The notes: a model not told the origin generated them from the letters alone. A stretch of DNA of 64,000 nucleotides from Parcubacteria group bacterium (GCA_041661275.1 JBAZUU010000005.1:72-64071); one strand, 5' to 3'. Counted from the stretch's first letter, positions 18,974 to 29,258 are shown. Numbers and translations: made by a program.

Positions 18974-19642
18974 ATGAAGTTCTTTGCAATATTAGCACTT
19001 TGTTTTTTTATCTTTCTCCAGAAACCGGCGCTCTCCCAGGAAGTGGAGGATCCCGGAAAATTTATGGAGAGGGTATTCGGAAACGGGTCAGAGCTCATAA
19101 ACAAAGAGCCGACCCCTGAAGGCCGTCGAGAGGTGGTGCGGAGGATAGTTCTCAAGTTTTTTGATGTTCCCGGACTTGGATTGAACGCGCTCGGGAGACT
19201 GGGAAAAAAATTGCTGCCCGAGCAACAAAAAGAATTTGAAATAAGGTTCCAAAAATATTTTTGCCTGTATAACGGGCCTCTGGACGAGCTGGCAAAATCG
19301 TCCAAAACCTGTTATGCGGATATGCCACGGAAAAGAAGCGAAGGACTCAACGGCACTGTCAATATCAATGGCAAGCTGCATCTTTCCGGCTGGGAAAAAC
19401 CGTTTGATGTCTCATACAATATGTTATGGAAAGGAGACGGCTGGTTGGTTTTGGACAGCACTATTGAAGGACGGAGCAGTAAGGACAAATTCAGGACGGA
19501 ATTCAACGATCTTATCACCGCTGATCCCGGAAAATCATATGAGGCGGTGATCGGGTATATTGAGTGCCGACTGAACGGAATGGGAGAGCCGCAATGCAAA
19601 AAAAGAGAATCGCATATTGCGACAAGGGGAGGAGATAATTAA
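18974..19642 (+). CDS. Secreted hypothetical protein (possible MlaC-like fold)
   Basis: RBS aaaggaggg; signal peptide MKFFAILALCFFIFLQKPALS. The track ORF starts upstream at 18869, inside the tRNA. Confidence 0.55.
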   Translation: MKFFAILALCFFIFLQKPALSQEVEDPGKFMERVFGNGSELINKEPTPEGRREVVRRIVLKFFDVPGLGLNALGRLGKKLLPEQQKEFEIRFQKYFCLYNGPLDELAKSSKTCYADMPRKRSEGLNGTVNINGKLHLSGWEKPFDVSYNMLWKGDGWLVLDSTIEGRSSKDKFRTEFNDLITADPGKSYEAVIGYIECRLNGMGEPQCKKRESHIATRGGDN

Positions 19643-19735
19643 ACAGTTTCAATGGGCGCCCGAATGGACGCCTTGTTTTATTGCTATAATTTCTTATTGA
19701 TATTAAAATTGTTTTAGAAGTTGTTAATAGTTTTT

Positions 19736-19803
19736 CCCTCTCCTGTCAGCCATAAATTTTCAGAAAAATTTAGGCTGACATCCTCTCCCTTCGGGAGAGG
19801 AGA
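19736..19803. repeat. RPE-like palindromic element copy A (CCCTCTCCTGTCAGCC...GGCTGACATCCTCTCCC..GGGAGAGGAG)
   Basis: Two nested hairpins. 19 nt upstream of tRNA-Pro(GGG). Confidence 0.7.
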
Positions 19804-19822
19804 ATAAGGAAGGTAGTTTTCG

Positions 19823-19893
19823 CGGAGCGTAGTATAGTGGTAGTACGCAAGGCTGGGGGTCTTGTAGTCCGAGTTCGATTCTCGGCGCTCCGA
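19823..19893 (+). tRNA. tRNA-Pro (GGG)
   Basis: CGGAGCG acceptor, loop CTGGGGG, GAGTTCGATTCTC. Confidence 0.8.
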
Positions 19894-19906
19894 CTAATAA
19901 AAAAAT

Positions 19907-20323
19907 ATGTCAAAAAATATCGAAATAATTTCAAGAGCGTTCATTGTAAAAGAGGGAGAGGTCTTGCTGTGTAAGGTTAAATCCAAAGATAATTATTTTT
20001 TCCCTGGTGGGCATGTGGAATACGGAGAAAAAGTTGAGGATGCTTTGAAAAGAGAGTTGAAAGAAGAAATTGGCAAAGAATTGGAAAATATAAATTTTAT
20101 CGGAATTTGCGAAAATACTTTTCAGTTTATGGGAGAACATCAGGAAATCAATCTGGTTTTTGAAGCGGAAATTAATGATGATAAATTAGAAGTTTTAGAA
20201 GACCATATGGAATTTGGTTGGTTTTCTTTTAATAGAATTGAATCAATGAATGTTTTGCCAGAAAAATTAAAAAAGGAATTTTTGAAGTGGATAAAAAATA
20301 AGAAGATTTTTTATATAGTTTAA
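19907..20323 (+). CDS. NUDIX hydrolase
   Basis: Nudix box GGHVEYGEKVEDALKRELKEEIG. Confidence 0.8.
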   Translation: MSKNIEIISRAFIVKEGEVLLCKVKSKDNYFFPGGHVEYGEKVEDALKRELKEEIGKELENINFIGICENTFQFMGEHQEINLVFEAEINDDKLEVLEDHMEFGWFSFNRIESMNVLPEKLKKEFLKWIKNKKIFYIV

Positions 20324-20428
20324 CCCTCTCCTGTCAGCCATAAATTTTCAGAAAAATTTAGGCTGACATCCTCTCCCGCTCCGCCAGCCGGCGGACGGGC
20401 GAGGAGGATTTGAAAGAACTACTCATAG
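20324..20428. repeat. RPE-like palindromic element copy B with extended GC hairpin and GGAGGATTTGAAAG tail
   Basis: First 54 nt identical to copy A. Immediately upstream of tRNA-Pro(CGG). Confidence 0.7.
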
Positions 20429-20500
20429 CGGGCTGTGGTATAGTGGTATTACGCACGATTCGGGTTCGTGTAATCCGAGTTCGATTCTCGGCAGCCCGAC
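20429..20500 (+). tRNA. tRNA-Pro (CGG)
   Basis: CGGGCTG acceptor, loop TTCGGGT, GAGTTCGATTCTC. Confidence 0.8.
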
Positions 20501-20511
20501 AAACAAAAAAA

Positions 20512-20536
20512 GACTCTCGCCAGGAGAGCTTTTTGT
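20512..20536. terminator. Bidirectional rho-independent terminator
   Basis: gactctcgccaggagagc hairpin flanked by A-run and T-run, between tRNA-Pro and the convergent minus-strand ORF. Confidence 0.5.
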
Positions 20537-20539
20537 TTG

Positions 20540-20818
20540 TTAGCTAATTTTTTCCATCCACGTCCTTCCCGCTGATTCCCGTTTCATTCTTTCTTTTGTC
20601 CGTTCAGAAAAAAATTTTGGTTCTTTTTTTTCAGTCAGATTTTTCAACTCTTTCTTCGCGTCTCTTTCGAAAGAAGGATAAGAAGATTCTTCCAGAAAAT
20701 GTTCTCGGGCGGCTTTTCTAAATGATCCGCTAATCTGTCCATCGGTATACGGCTCATTTCCAAAAGCTTCTTTAGCGATCTCTTTTGTCCGTTCTAATAT
20801 TTTTTCAAAATCAGCCAT
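20540..20818 (-). CDS. Hypothetical small charged protein
   Basis: ORF only. Confidence 0.4.
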   Translation of the reverse strand: MADFEKILERTKEIAKEAFGNEPYTDGQISGSFRKAAREHFLEESSYPSFERDAKKELKNLTEKKEPKFFSERTKERMKRESAGRTWMEKIS

Positions 20819-20867
20819 AGGTTTTTTTGATAATTTAATTGTATTTCATAATTTAGTAGTCCGCAAA

Positions 20868-21614
20868 TTAATTTATTTCCTGTCTGGCGATGACTATTCC
20901 AAAGACTTTTTTGGCGCCGTGTTTTTTCAGTATTTTTCCACATTCAAAAAGTGTCGAGCCGGTGGTAGCGATGTCGTCGACAAGAAGGATGTTGAGAGAG
21001 GTTAAGAAGGTGAATGTTTTCGAAAAAGAAAAAGCGTTTTGAAGGTTTTTTTGTCTTTCCTGATAGTTTTTTATCTTCATTTGCGGTTTAGTGTAATGAT
21101 TTCTGATGATAATATTGTCAGAAATGGGGATGCTCATGCCGGGCGTTAGATTTTCGCTTAGATAACGAGCCAAAAGTTCTGACTGGTTGAATCCGCGCCA
21201 ACGAAGACGTCGCCGGTGAAGCGGAACAGGAATAATGAGATCGGGAAGAGGAAGATTGTTTTTTAAGATGGATTTTATAATAATTTTCCCCAAAGGAACC
21301 GAAAGATCGCTGACAAAATTATATTTATAAGTGTGAACGAGTCGTGAAACAATATTTTCCCGATAAGAGGTAGCAATAATAAGATTATCCAGGGGAATAA
21401 TGGCGTTTTTTGACAGGAACTTTTCCTTGCAGTGTACGCATATCTGACCTGCGTCAGTAATAATCTTTTCGCAATAAGGACAAACTTGTTCTGATAATAA
21501 TTTTATCTTTTCCAGACATTTATGGCAGAACCACTCATCGTCTTTATTGCAAGATAAGCAAGAGATAGGAAAGAGGGTATCTAAAAATAATTTTTTAATG
21601 GAAGAAATAATCAT
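20868..21614 (-). CDS. comFC: ComF-family protein (ComFC-like phosphoribosyltransferase with N-terminal zinc finger)
   Basis: CLSC...CHKC...CPYC...CVHC zinc ribbon; PRTase motif LLVDDIATTGSTL. Confidence 0.75.
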   Translation of the reverse strand: MIISSIKKLFLDTLFPISCLSCNKDDEWFCHKCLEKIKLLSEQVCPYCEKIITDAGQICVHCKEKFLSKNAIIPLDNLIIATSYRENIVSRLVHTYKYNFVSDLSVPLGKIIIKSILKNNLPLPDLIIPVPLHRRRLRWRGFNQSELLARYLSENLTPGMSIPISDNIIIRNHYTKPQMKIKNYQERQKNLQNAFSFSKTFTFLTSLNILLVDDIATTGSTLFECGKILKKHGAKKVFGIVIARQEIN

Positions 21615-21639
21615 TGTTGAAATTATATCATAAGCCCGT

Positions 21640-21730
21640 CCCTCTCCTGTCAGCCAGAATTTTAAGAAAAATTCAGGCTGACATCCTCTCCCAAGGGGAG
21701 AGGAGGATTTGAAAGTTACTATTTATAGGG
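21640..21730. repeat. RPE-like palindromic element copy C
   Basis: CCCTCTCCTGTCAGCCagaattttaagaaaaattcaGGCTGACATCCTCTCCCaaggGGAGAGGAGGATTTGAAAG. Confidence 0.7.
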
Positions 21731-21776
21731 TGTGGATAACTTTTGTTTTTCTCAAAAGTAGTGGCGCTTGATAAAA

Positions 21777-21787
21777 TGTGGTATAAT
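21777..21787 (+). promoter_or_regulatory. Extended -10 promoter TGTGGTATAAT
   Basis: TGnTATAAT 6 nt before leader element copy 1. Confidence 0.4.
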
Positions 21788-21792
21788 CAAAG

Positions 21793-21913
21793 CACGACTT
21801 GTCCTCTCACCAATTCCGCGAAAGATTTTCCAGGGAGAAAATCAGAAGACGAAGTCGCCTAGCGGCTTCAGTTGGTTGAATGGGGAAGTTTTTTCAAGAA
21901 TTGGTGAGGGGAT
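21793..21913 (+). promoter_or_regulatory. Pilus-locus leader element copy 1 (candidate cis-regulatory RNA / MITE)
   Basis: Outer stem CCTCTCACCAATTC...GAATTGGTGAGGGGAT, conserved core AGTCGCCTAGCGGCTTC. 24 nt upstream of the pilM ATG. Confidence 0.55.
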
Positions 21914-21936
21914 AAAAAAATAAAAACAATTAGAAA

Positions 21937-23004
21937 ATGTTTGGATTAAGTTTTGGAAAAAACGTCTTTGTTGGCGTTGATATTGGAACTTCCGCTATTA
22001 AGCTGGTTGAAATGAGAAACGATTCCGGAAAACCCGTACTTTCCAATTATGCTTGGGTGTCTTTTGACGGATATTTCCAGCGAGACGAAAACAACTCCCA
22101 GCTATACGAAACAATTTTGCCGGAATATATCAAGAAGATGATAAAAGAGTCGGGGATGAAAGGCAGAAAGGCCTGCGTTTCCATCCCGGCTTTTGGCGGG
22201 CTCATCACCCTTATTGAATTCCCGCCAATGGCCAAAGAGGATATGGAACAAGCAGTGCGGTTTGAAGCTCATAAATATGTTCCCACGTCGCTCGACGAAG
22301 TAGTTTTAAGTTGGGATATCATAAATCAAGTCGATCCGGGAAATAAGGAATTGCCCGACGGAAAAACGCAAGTGCTTCTGGTGGCGGCTTCCCGAAACAA
22401 AGTCATCAGATATGAAAAAATGATAACTGATTCAGGACTGAAGCTGGACTCAATTGAAATAGAAGGTTTTTCCATAGTCAGGTCGCTTATTGGCAACGAT
22501 CCGGGAAACTTCATCATTGCTGACATTGGTTCGAGAGTTTGCAATATCCTTCTGGTGGAAAAAGGAATAATCAGGGCTAACAGAAATATCGATGCCGGAG
22601 GAGAAGATATTACCAAAATCATTGCCAAGTCGATGTCAGTGACTGAAGAGAGGGCGGAAAAACTGAAGATAAGCGGAAAAGATTTTTTTGCCGCTGATTC
22701 ATATATCAAGTTTCCGGCGCTGGAACTCATTTCCAATGAGATTATCCGGATAACAAACGCCTATTCCAAAGACGGGCAAAAACTAAAAATCGACAGCGTC
22801 ATCCTTTCAGGAGGAACGGCGAAACTTGCCGGGCTTTGCCAGTATCTGACGCAGGTGTTGAAAATCAAAACTATAGTAGGCAATCCGTTCGGTCGCGTGA
22901 GTTTTGACAAAAAATTGGAGCCGGCGATAAGAGATATGGGAACAAAGTTTTCTGTTTCTGTCGGTCTGGCCATTAAGGAAATGGAACAAATTAAAAATAA
23001 ATAA
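21937..23004 (+). CDS. pilM: Type IV pilus assembly protein PilM (actin-like ATPase)
   Basis: VGVDIGTSAIKLVEM ... ADIGSRVCNILLVEKG ... VILSGGTAKL ASKHA-fold motifs. Confidence 0.85.
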   Translation: MFGLSFGKNVFVGVDIGTSAIKLVEMRNDSGKPVLSNYAWVSFDGYFQRDENNSQLYETILPEYIKKMIKESGMKGRKACVSIPAFGGLITLIEFPPMAKEDMEQAVRFEAHKYVPTSLDEVVLSWDIINQVDPGNKELPDGKTQVLLVAASRNKVIRYEKMITDSGLKLDSIEIEGFSIVRSLIGNDPGNFIIADIGSRVCNILLVEKGIIRANRNIDAGGEDITKIIAKSMSVTEERAEKLKISGKDFFAADSYIKFPALELISNEIIRITNAYSKDGQKLKIDSVILSGGTAKLAGLCQYLTQVLKIKTIVGNPFGRVSFDKKLEPAIRDMGTKFSVSVGLAIKEMEQIKNK

Positions 23005-23017
23005 ATAATAAAAAAAT

Positions 23018-23542
23018 ATGGCTAACATAAATTTGAGTACGGGCGAGGTGAGGGAAAAAGTTGATCTTAGCGTGGGTCAGGGCGGACTCGTCGCGCTTAT
23101 TGTCGTTCTGGTTCTGATTCTTGTCCTCTATGGAGTGGAAATTGTCTGGGGTCAGCAAATGACCAAAGATACGGAAGCGATCCAGACGGAGTTCAGCACA
23201 AAGTATAAAAATCTTTCCCAGGGAAATCCGATAACGGTAGTTGATTTTCAAAACCGTCTGACAGCCGCCAAGAAAATGGCGAGTGAAGGCAGGGATATCA
23301 GAGGAAGTCTTCTGGAAATCGAAAAGTCGATCATTCCCGGGGTATATCTTAAGGGATACGAGTTTGACCAAAAGGCCGGAACCATAGTTCTTACCTGCAT
23401 AGGGGACAACTACAATCTGGCGGCCAAACAGATACTTAATTTCAAAAAATCAACTTATTTTTCCGATGCTTCGGGCGGTGAGACTACTTTTGTAGCTGAA
23501 ACAGGAAAGGTGGAATTCAAGGTTAATTTAACATTAAAATAA
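23018..23542 (+). CDS. pilN: PilN-like bitopic pilus assembly protein
   Basis: Single TM after a short N-terminus; synteny pilM-N-O. Confidence 0.5.
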   Translation: MANINLSTGEVREKVDLSVGQGGLVALIVVLVLILVLYGVEIVWGQQMTKDTEAIQTEFSTKYKNLSQGNPITVVDFQNRLTAAKKMASEGRDIRGSLLEIEKSIIPGVYLKGYEFDQKAGTIVLTCIGDNYNLAAKQILNFKKSTYFSDASGGETTFVAETGKVEFKVNLTLK

Positions 23543-23591
23543 AGTATGCGAACGCGCACTACGAACGCGCACATACGAATAAAACAAAACT

Positions 23592-24383
23592 ATGAAAGTT
23601 AAAATTCTTCTTCCACCGCTGATCATCGTTTCCTGCATCGCCCTTATGGTCTGGCTGGTTTATCCGGCCTATACCAACGGAGTTGATGGATGGAAAGAAA
23701 AGAGAGATAAGTTGACCAGTGAAAAAAATAATCTGGATGATGCCCAGAAGAAAGCGGAAAATGTTTCCCGGATGGTGGCTCAACTGGGAAGCAACAAGGT
23801 TGATCAGGATACCATCGCGACCTACATTCCGGACGAGCTGAAAGAAGAGGAAATAATAGACAATCTCAATTTTATCGCCAGCAACGAAGGGCTTTCGGTT
23901 GTCAAACTTTCCGTAAAACCCGAAACCGTCGTCCAGCAGGAGGTACCGACTGATATGTCGGGTAATCCTGTAGTTGATGTTTCTGGAGGAAATCCATCTG
24001 CCACAGAGGATGTTACCGTCAAGGCCAAAAACTATAATGTGGAATTTTCTGTCGTTGGAAACTATGAAAAAATAAAAAATGTTTTGGACAAGGTGTATAA
24101 GCTCAAGCGGTATAATAGCTTCAAGACGCTTGAGATCGCGGCCAATGAAACACCGGGGGCTGATGGAAAAAAAGCCGCTCCTACCGACAGTCTGAAAGCG
24201 GATATGATTTTGAGTTTTGACGTCCTTAAAAAGTTCAGCCAGACAGTCAGCATGAACAATCCTATCTTTTCACAAACCAGTTTTGATATGAAAGTGGCTC
24301 AGGAAATTCGGGACAAGAAAAGCGTCGATGTTTTGAAAATGAGCATTGATCAGGCCGGAAGGACTAATCCGTTTATTCCCTAA
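23592..24383 (+). CDS. pilO: PilO-like pilus assembly protein
   Basis: N-terminal TM, coiled-coil, synteny. Confidence 0.5.
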   Translation: MKVKILLPPLIIVSCIALMVWLVYPAYTNGVDGWKEKRDKLTSEKNNLDDAQKKAENVSRMVAQLGSNKVDQDTIATYIPDELKEEEIIDNLNFIASNEGLSVVKLSVKPETVVQQEVPTDMSGNPVVDVSGGNPSATEDVTVKAKNYNVEFSVVGNYEKIKNVLDKVYKLKRYNSFKTLEIAANETPGADGKKAAPTDSLKADMILSFDVLKKFSQTVSMNNPIFSQTSFDMKVAQEIRDKKSVDVLKMSIDQAGRTNPFIP

Positions 24384-24408
24384 AAATCAAGAATAAGAAA
24401 GAAAAATA

Positions 24409-26118
24409 ATGAACTTACCATCCGGAAATGATTCTGATAAAAAAAGTGTCTCTGATGTCGCGTCAGACGTGGCAGAAAAAGCTGATCCCGGAAACGAGGG
24501 GCAGCCGGTTTTGAGCAAGAAAAAAAATACAATTGCCAGGCTGGACGAAGCGCCGGAGAAGATAAAAGAGGATGTCATCGGCCTCATTCCGGAAGAGGTG
24601 GCAAAAAAATATAAAATAGTCGCTTTTGAGAGGAAGGGAAATGTGGTGAAGGTGGCGATGGCTGATCCCCAGGATTTAGACGCGCTTAATGCTTTGCGAT
24701 TTGTGGCGGAAAAGGAAAAATTGGAAATAGAAGCTTTCCAGGTCTCGGAGGAAGTTTTGGAAGAAATATTCAAATTTTATTCCGGTCCGGGGGCGGTGAT
24801 AAAAAGCGCTGTGGCTTCCCTGAAAGACGATGTGCTGATAGAGGTTGATGATGGAAAAAAAAGCGACAAAAGAAGAGAAGAGCTGAAAGATGCTCCGGTG
24901 GCAAAATTAGTGCAGGTGATAATCAGTCATGCTATCGAAGGAAAGGCTAGCGATATTCATATCGAACCGATGGAAGAGGATTTTCGAGTGCGTTATCGAG
25001 TAGATGGAGTTCTGCACATCAGTCTGCTTCTTCCAAAAGAAATCGGGCCGGCCATAATTTCACGGATAAAAATTCTGGCTAATCTGAAAATAGATGAAAA
25101 AAGGAAACCGCAAGATGGGCGGTTCAGGTTGAATTTTAATGGTAATAATATCGATTTTCGTGTTTCTTCGCTCCCGGTTATCGAGGGAGAGAAGATAGTG
25201 ATGCGAATTTTGGATAAAGAAGAAGGCGTATCCAGCGTGGAAAAATTAGGGTTCTCCGGAACGGCGCTGGAAAATACCAGACTGGCTCTCAAGGAAACAT
25301 ACGGAATGATTCTTATGACCGGTCCGACCGGAAGCGGAAAATCAACCACTCTCTACGCGCTTTTAAAAATACTAAACAGCGAAGAAAGAAATATAATAAC
25401 ACTGGAAGATCCGATAGAATATTATATAGAAGGCCTGAACCAAAGTCAGATAAAGCCGGAAATCGGTTATACCTTTGCTAACGGTTTGCGTTCTGTATTG
25501 CGACAAGACCCCAATGTTATAATGGTGGGAGAAATACGCGATTCGGAAACGGCCGAGCTGGCGGTACACGTCGCGCTCACCGGGCACCTGATGTTTTCCA
25601 CGCTGCACACCAATACGGCCATCGGCGCCATTCCGCGGCTGATCGATATGGGCATAGAACCATTTTTGCTCTCATCATCTTTGCGATTAGTGATGGCGCA
25701 GAGGCTCGTGCGAAAGATCTGCGAGGATTGCAAGGAGGAAAAACAGGTTCCTGACGCGGTAAGACAAAAGATTACGGAAGAAATAAAAAGAATATCCCCG
25801 AAGGAACTGGAAAAATATGGGATAAAAATGACTGACAGACTGTCTTTTTTTCACGGAAAGGGATGTGATAAGTGTGGCGGAAAAGGGCTCAAGGGTCGAG
25901 TAGCGATCTTTGAAGCCGTGCCGATTTCAGACAAAATGAAGGATATTATCGTGGAAAAAAGAGGAAACGAGGATTTGCTGACAAAAGAACGGGATGCTAT
26001 GGGAATTCTAACCATAAAACAAGACGGACTTTTGAAAATAATAAAAGGCCTTACCACTGTTGAAGAAGTGGAAAGGGTAACGGAGGGTAATATCGCTCCG
26101 GTAGTGGAGAACGAATAA
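24409..26118 (+). CDS. pilB: Type IV pilus assembly ATPase PilB (GspE family)
   Basis: N-terminal T2SSE_N region, Walker A GPTGSGKSTT, Asp box, His box, CDKCGGKG tetracysteine. Confidence 0.9.
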   Translation: MNLPSGNDSDKKSVSDVASDVAEKADPGNEGQPVLSKKKNTIARLDEAPEKIKEDVIGLIPEEVAKKYKIVAFERKGNVVKVAMADPQDLDALNALRFVAEKEKLEIEAFQVSEEVLEEIFKFYSGPGAVIKSAVASLKDDVLIEVDDGKKSDKRREELKDAPVAKLVQVIISHAIEGKASDIHIEPMEEDFRVRYRVDGVLHISLLLPKEIGPAIISRIKILANLKIDEKRKPQDGRFRLNFNGNNIDFRVSSLPVIEGEKIVMRILDKEEGVSSVEKLGFSGTALENTRLALKETYGMILMTGPTGSGKSTTLYALLKILNSEERNIITLEDPIEYYIEGLNQSQIKPEIGYTFANGLRSVLRQDPNVIMVGEIRDSETAELAVHVALTGHLMFSTLHTNTAIGAIPRLIDMGIEPFLLSSSLRLVMAQRLVRKICEDCKEEKQVPDAVRQKITEEIKRISPKELEKYGIKMTDRLSFFHGKGCDKCGGKGLKGRVAIFEAVPISDKMKDIIVEKRGNEDLLTKERDAMGILTIKQDGLLKIIKGLTTVEEVERVTEGNIAPVVENE

Positions 26119-26203
26119 TAGTTTCTAAATTCACCCTGTTAAGTAATTTTTTCTTCAAAAATAAATTTTGCAAAGCAAAATTTACTTAACAGGGTAAAAA
26201 AAT

Positions 26204-26572
26204 ATGGCGAAAAAAATCCTTATAGTCGAAGACGATTCGTTTGTGATGGATATCTATCACACCAAGCTTACTCAGGAAGGTTTTAAAGTAAGCACCGCCG
26301 CCAATGGCATGGAAGCCTTGAAAAAACTGGAAAAAGAAAGGCCGGATCTGATTCTTCTGGACATCATTATGCCTTATGTGGACGGACTTGAAGTTTTGAA
26401 AAAGGTGAGAATGATGGAACAGATGAAAAGCGTTCCGATTATACTTCTCACCAACTTGAGCCAGAAAGAAGAAGTAGATGAGGGATTGGCGTTGGGGGCG
26501 AACGACTATCTCATTAAATCCCATTTTACTCCGTCAGAAGTTTTGGAAAAGATAAACAAATATTTAAAATAA
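26204..26572 (+). CDS. Single-domain response regulator (CheY-like receiver)
   Basis: ILIVEDD...DLILLDIIMP...K receiver motifs. Confidence 0.85.
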   Translation: MAKKILIVEDDSFVMDIYHTKLTQEGFKVSTAANGMEALKKLEKERPDLILLDIIMPYVDGLEVLKKVRMMEQMKSVPIILLTNLSQKEEVDEGLALGANDYLIKSHFTPSEVLEKINKYLK

Positions 26573-26575
26573 AAA

Positions 26576-27652
26576 ATGAGCACAGTTCACGCCGAACAAA
26601 GGATAAAAAATTTACTCCGCATGGTGGCGCAGGAAGGAGCGTCCGACCTCCATCTTGTCGTGGGAAGATATCCCACTTTTCGGGTTGACGGAAAATTAAT
26701 TCCTTTTAAAGAGGATAGCGTTCTTGCTCCGCCGGACACCAAAGCGATAAGCGAGGTGATTATGGGAGATGAAGCCAAAGCAAAATTTTTGAAAGAAGGC
26801 CAGATGGATTTTTCGTATAATTTCGAAGACAAAGCTCGTTTTCGCGTTAACGCTTTTTTCCAGCAAGGATATGTTAGCATCGCTTTCCGGCTCATTCCCA
26901 AAGAAATCAGGACGCTTCAGGAACTGAATATGCCGGAAGGACTTTATGAATTTACCAAGTTTTCCCAAGGACTTCTTTTGATCGTCGGTCCGGTAGGGCA
27001 TGGAAAATCAACCAGTCTCGCCGCTCTCATTAATGACATAAATCATAACCAGGAAAAGCACATCATAACCATCGAAGATCCGATAGAATATGTCTATGAA
27101 CAGGATAGATGCATCATCAATCAAAGGGAAATTTATCAGGATAGCCGTTCTTTTCAGGCGGCGCTGAAATCAGTTTTTCGCGAAGACGCCAACATTGTCC
27201 TTATCGGTGAGATGCGCGATCTGGATACGATCTCCACAGCAATGACGGCGGCGGAAACAGGGCATCTGATTTTAGCTACTCTCCACACCAACGATTCAGC
27301 GCAGACTATCGATCGTATTGTTGATGTTTTTCCGGCGCACCAGCAAAACCAGATCCGGTCGCAACTGGCCAATGTTCTTTTGGGAGTAGTGTCGCAGAGG
27401 CTCGTTCCACAGGTTGACGGCGGAAGAATCCCGGCGGTGGAGATAATGATAAAGAACCATGCTATTGAAAATCTCATCCGGGAGAATAAGTCGTATCAGA
27501 TGGACAATGTCATTGAAACCAGCTCGGGAAGCGGAATGATAACTCTCGATCGGTCGCTGACCAATCTGGTAAAACGCGGAGTGATTTCGGTTGATGCCGC
27601 TATGGCCTATGCCAAAGATCCGAAAAGTTTTCAGTCGCTTCTTAAATTCTGA
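26576..27652 (+). CDS. pilT: Twitching-motility retraction ATPase PilT
   Basis: GPVGHGKSTS Walker A; AIRNLIRE-type motif AIENLIRENK. Confidence 0.9.
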   Translation: MSTVHAEQRIKNLLRMVAQEGASDLHLVVGRYPTFRVDGKLIPFKEDSVLAPPDTKAISEVIMGDEAKAKFLKEGQMDFSYNFEDKARFRVNAFFQQGYVSIAFRLIPKEIRTLQELNMPEGLYEFTKFSQGLLLIVGPVGHGKSTSLAALINDINHNQEKHIITIEDPIEYVYEQDRCIINQREIYQDSRSFQAALKSVFREDANIVLIGEMRDLDTISTAMTAAETGHLILATLHTNDSAQTIDRIVDVFPAHQQNQIRSQLANVLLGVVSQRLVPQVDGGRIPAVEIMIKNHAIENLIRENKSYQMDNVIETSSGSGMITLDRSLTNLVKRGVISVDAAMAYAKDPKSFQSLLKF

Positions 27653-27680
27653 CCAGCTCTCTTGGGAAATATCAATTTTT

Positions 27681-27691
27681 TGTGGTATAAT
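27681..27691 (+). promoter_or_regulatory. Extended -10 promoter TGTGGTATAAT
   Basis: TGnTATAAT 17 nt before leader element copy 2. Confidence 0.4.
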
Positions 27692-27707
27692 AAAAACAGA
27701 CGGTATA

Positions 27708-27820
27708 ATCCCAGCACCAATTCCGACAAAGATTAGTGAAGTATAGAGATTAGTGCTCGGATTCGCCTGCGGCTTGACATCGAAATAAAAATAAATTAGT
27801 TTTGCGAATTGGTGCGGGAT
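27708..27820 (+). promoter_or_regulatory. Pilus-locus leader element copy 2
   Basis: ATCCCAGCACCAATTCC...ATTCGCCTGCGGCTTG...GAATTGGTGCGGGAT. 47 nt upstream of the pilC ATG 27867. Confidence 0.55.
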
Positions 27821-27866
27821 GCTCAATTTTGTAGCTACTCGCTTCGCTCGCAGACAAAATTGGCAA

Positions 27867-29078
27867 ATGCGATATAATTTTAAAGCTAAAACACAAGCAG
27901 GAGAAATAAAGGAAGGCACGATAGACGCGGCCAGTTCGGATGCCGCTCTTTCCATCCTTCAAAAGAATGGACTTTTTCCCATGAAGCTGGCTTCCGAAAG
28001 AGAAGGCGATTTTTTCACCAAGCTTTTTCTGAAATATTACGATCGGGTGACGGACAAGGAACAGATGATTTTTTTCAGGCAGTTAGCCATTCTCATCGAA
28101 GCTCGGGTGCCAATCATCGTTTCGCTTACCGCCATTGGTGAGCAATCAGTCAATCGCTATTTCAGCAAAGTAATCGCTGAAGTGGTCAATGATATAGATG
28201 ACGGAATGTCTCTTTCTGATGCTATGACGCGCCACAAGGATGTTTTTTCCAATCTGGCAATCAATATAATCCGAGCCGGTGAAACGTCCGGAAATCTGAA
28301 AAAATCAGTGGAATATGTGGCGGATAATATAGAAAAAAACTACAACCTGACCAGCCGGGTCAGAAGCGCCTTGATATATCCGGGTGTCATCCTTTTTGTC
28401 TTTTTCATTATCGGATTTATAACCATCTCTTTCATCTTGCCCAAACTGACGGAAATGATAAAAAGCATGAATGTGGAAGTGCCCTGGTACACCAAGCTGG
28501 TGATTGGAATCGGAGACTTCATGTCTTCCTACTGGTGGGCGGCGGCAATAATGATTATCGGATTTATCGGTGGCATTCTCTATTATCTGAAAACTCCTGA
28601 TGGCAAAAAAGAATGGGATTATATAAAGCTGAAACTGCCGCTTGTGGGAAATGTTTTCAGAGGAATATATATCGCCCGATTTGCAGAAAACCTCTCCGTG
28701 CTTCTTGTGGGCGGCATTCCCATTATTCGCGCTCTTACTGTGGTTAGCACGGTTATCAATAATTCGCTCTATGAAGATTTGCTTTTAAAGACGGCCGAAC
28801 AGGTGAAAGTTGGAGGATCAATGAGCGACACTCTGAAAAAAAGCTCTCTTATCCCGCCTGTCGTGGCGAATATGGTGAAGATCGGCGAAGAATCGGGGCA
28901 GATAGACTCAGTGCTGACTCACGTTGCTCGATTTTATGACCAGGAAACGGAGATAACGACAAAAAATTTGTCAACACTCATCGAACCGATTTTGATGGTA
29001 GTTATTGGTTTCGCGGTCGGGTTTATGGCGATTGCCATTTTGTTGCCGATATATAACGTGGCCAGCCAAATAAAATAA
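27867..29078 (+). CDS. pilC: Type IV pilus platform protein PilC (GspF family)
   Basis: Two T2SSF repeats. Start moved to ATG 27867 because the track start 27819 lies inside the leader element. Confidence 0.85.
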   Translation: MRYNFKAKTQAGEIKEGTIDAASSDAALSILQKNGLFPMKLASEREGDFFTKLFLKYYDRVTDKEQMIFFRQLAILIEARVPIIVSLTAIGEQSVNRYFSKVIAEVVNDIDDGMSLSDAMTRHKDVFSNLAINIIRAGETSGNLKKSVEYVADNIEKNYNLTSRVRSALIYPGVILFVFFIIGFITISFILPKLTEMIKSMNVEVPWYTKLVIGIGDFMSSYWWAAAIMIIGFIGGILYYLKTPDGKKEWDYIKLKLPLVGNVFRGIYIARFAENLSVLLVGGIPIIRALTVVSTVINNSLYEDLLLKTAEQVKVGGSMSDTLKKSSLIPPVVANMVKIGEESGQIDSVLTHVARFYDQETEITTKNLSTLIEPILMVVIGFAVGFMAIAILLPIYNVASQIK

Positions 29079-29118
29079 AAGATAGTTGATTAAGATAGAA
29101 AAATAAAAATAAAAAACT

Positions 29119-29258
29119 AGAAAGCGAGGTGTATTATGGCTAAAAAGAAAACAAAAAAGAAAAAAAAGAAAGGGTTTACCCTGATTGAACTTTTGATCGT
29201 TATCGCGATCATCGGAATTCTGGCTTCGATCGTTTTAGTGAGCTTGAGTAGCGCGAGA
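29119..29258. repeat. 140-bp segment identical to 29599-29738 (pilin 5' region)
   Basis: Includes RBS, Lys-rich leader and conserved pilin N-terminus. Confidence 0.9.
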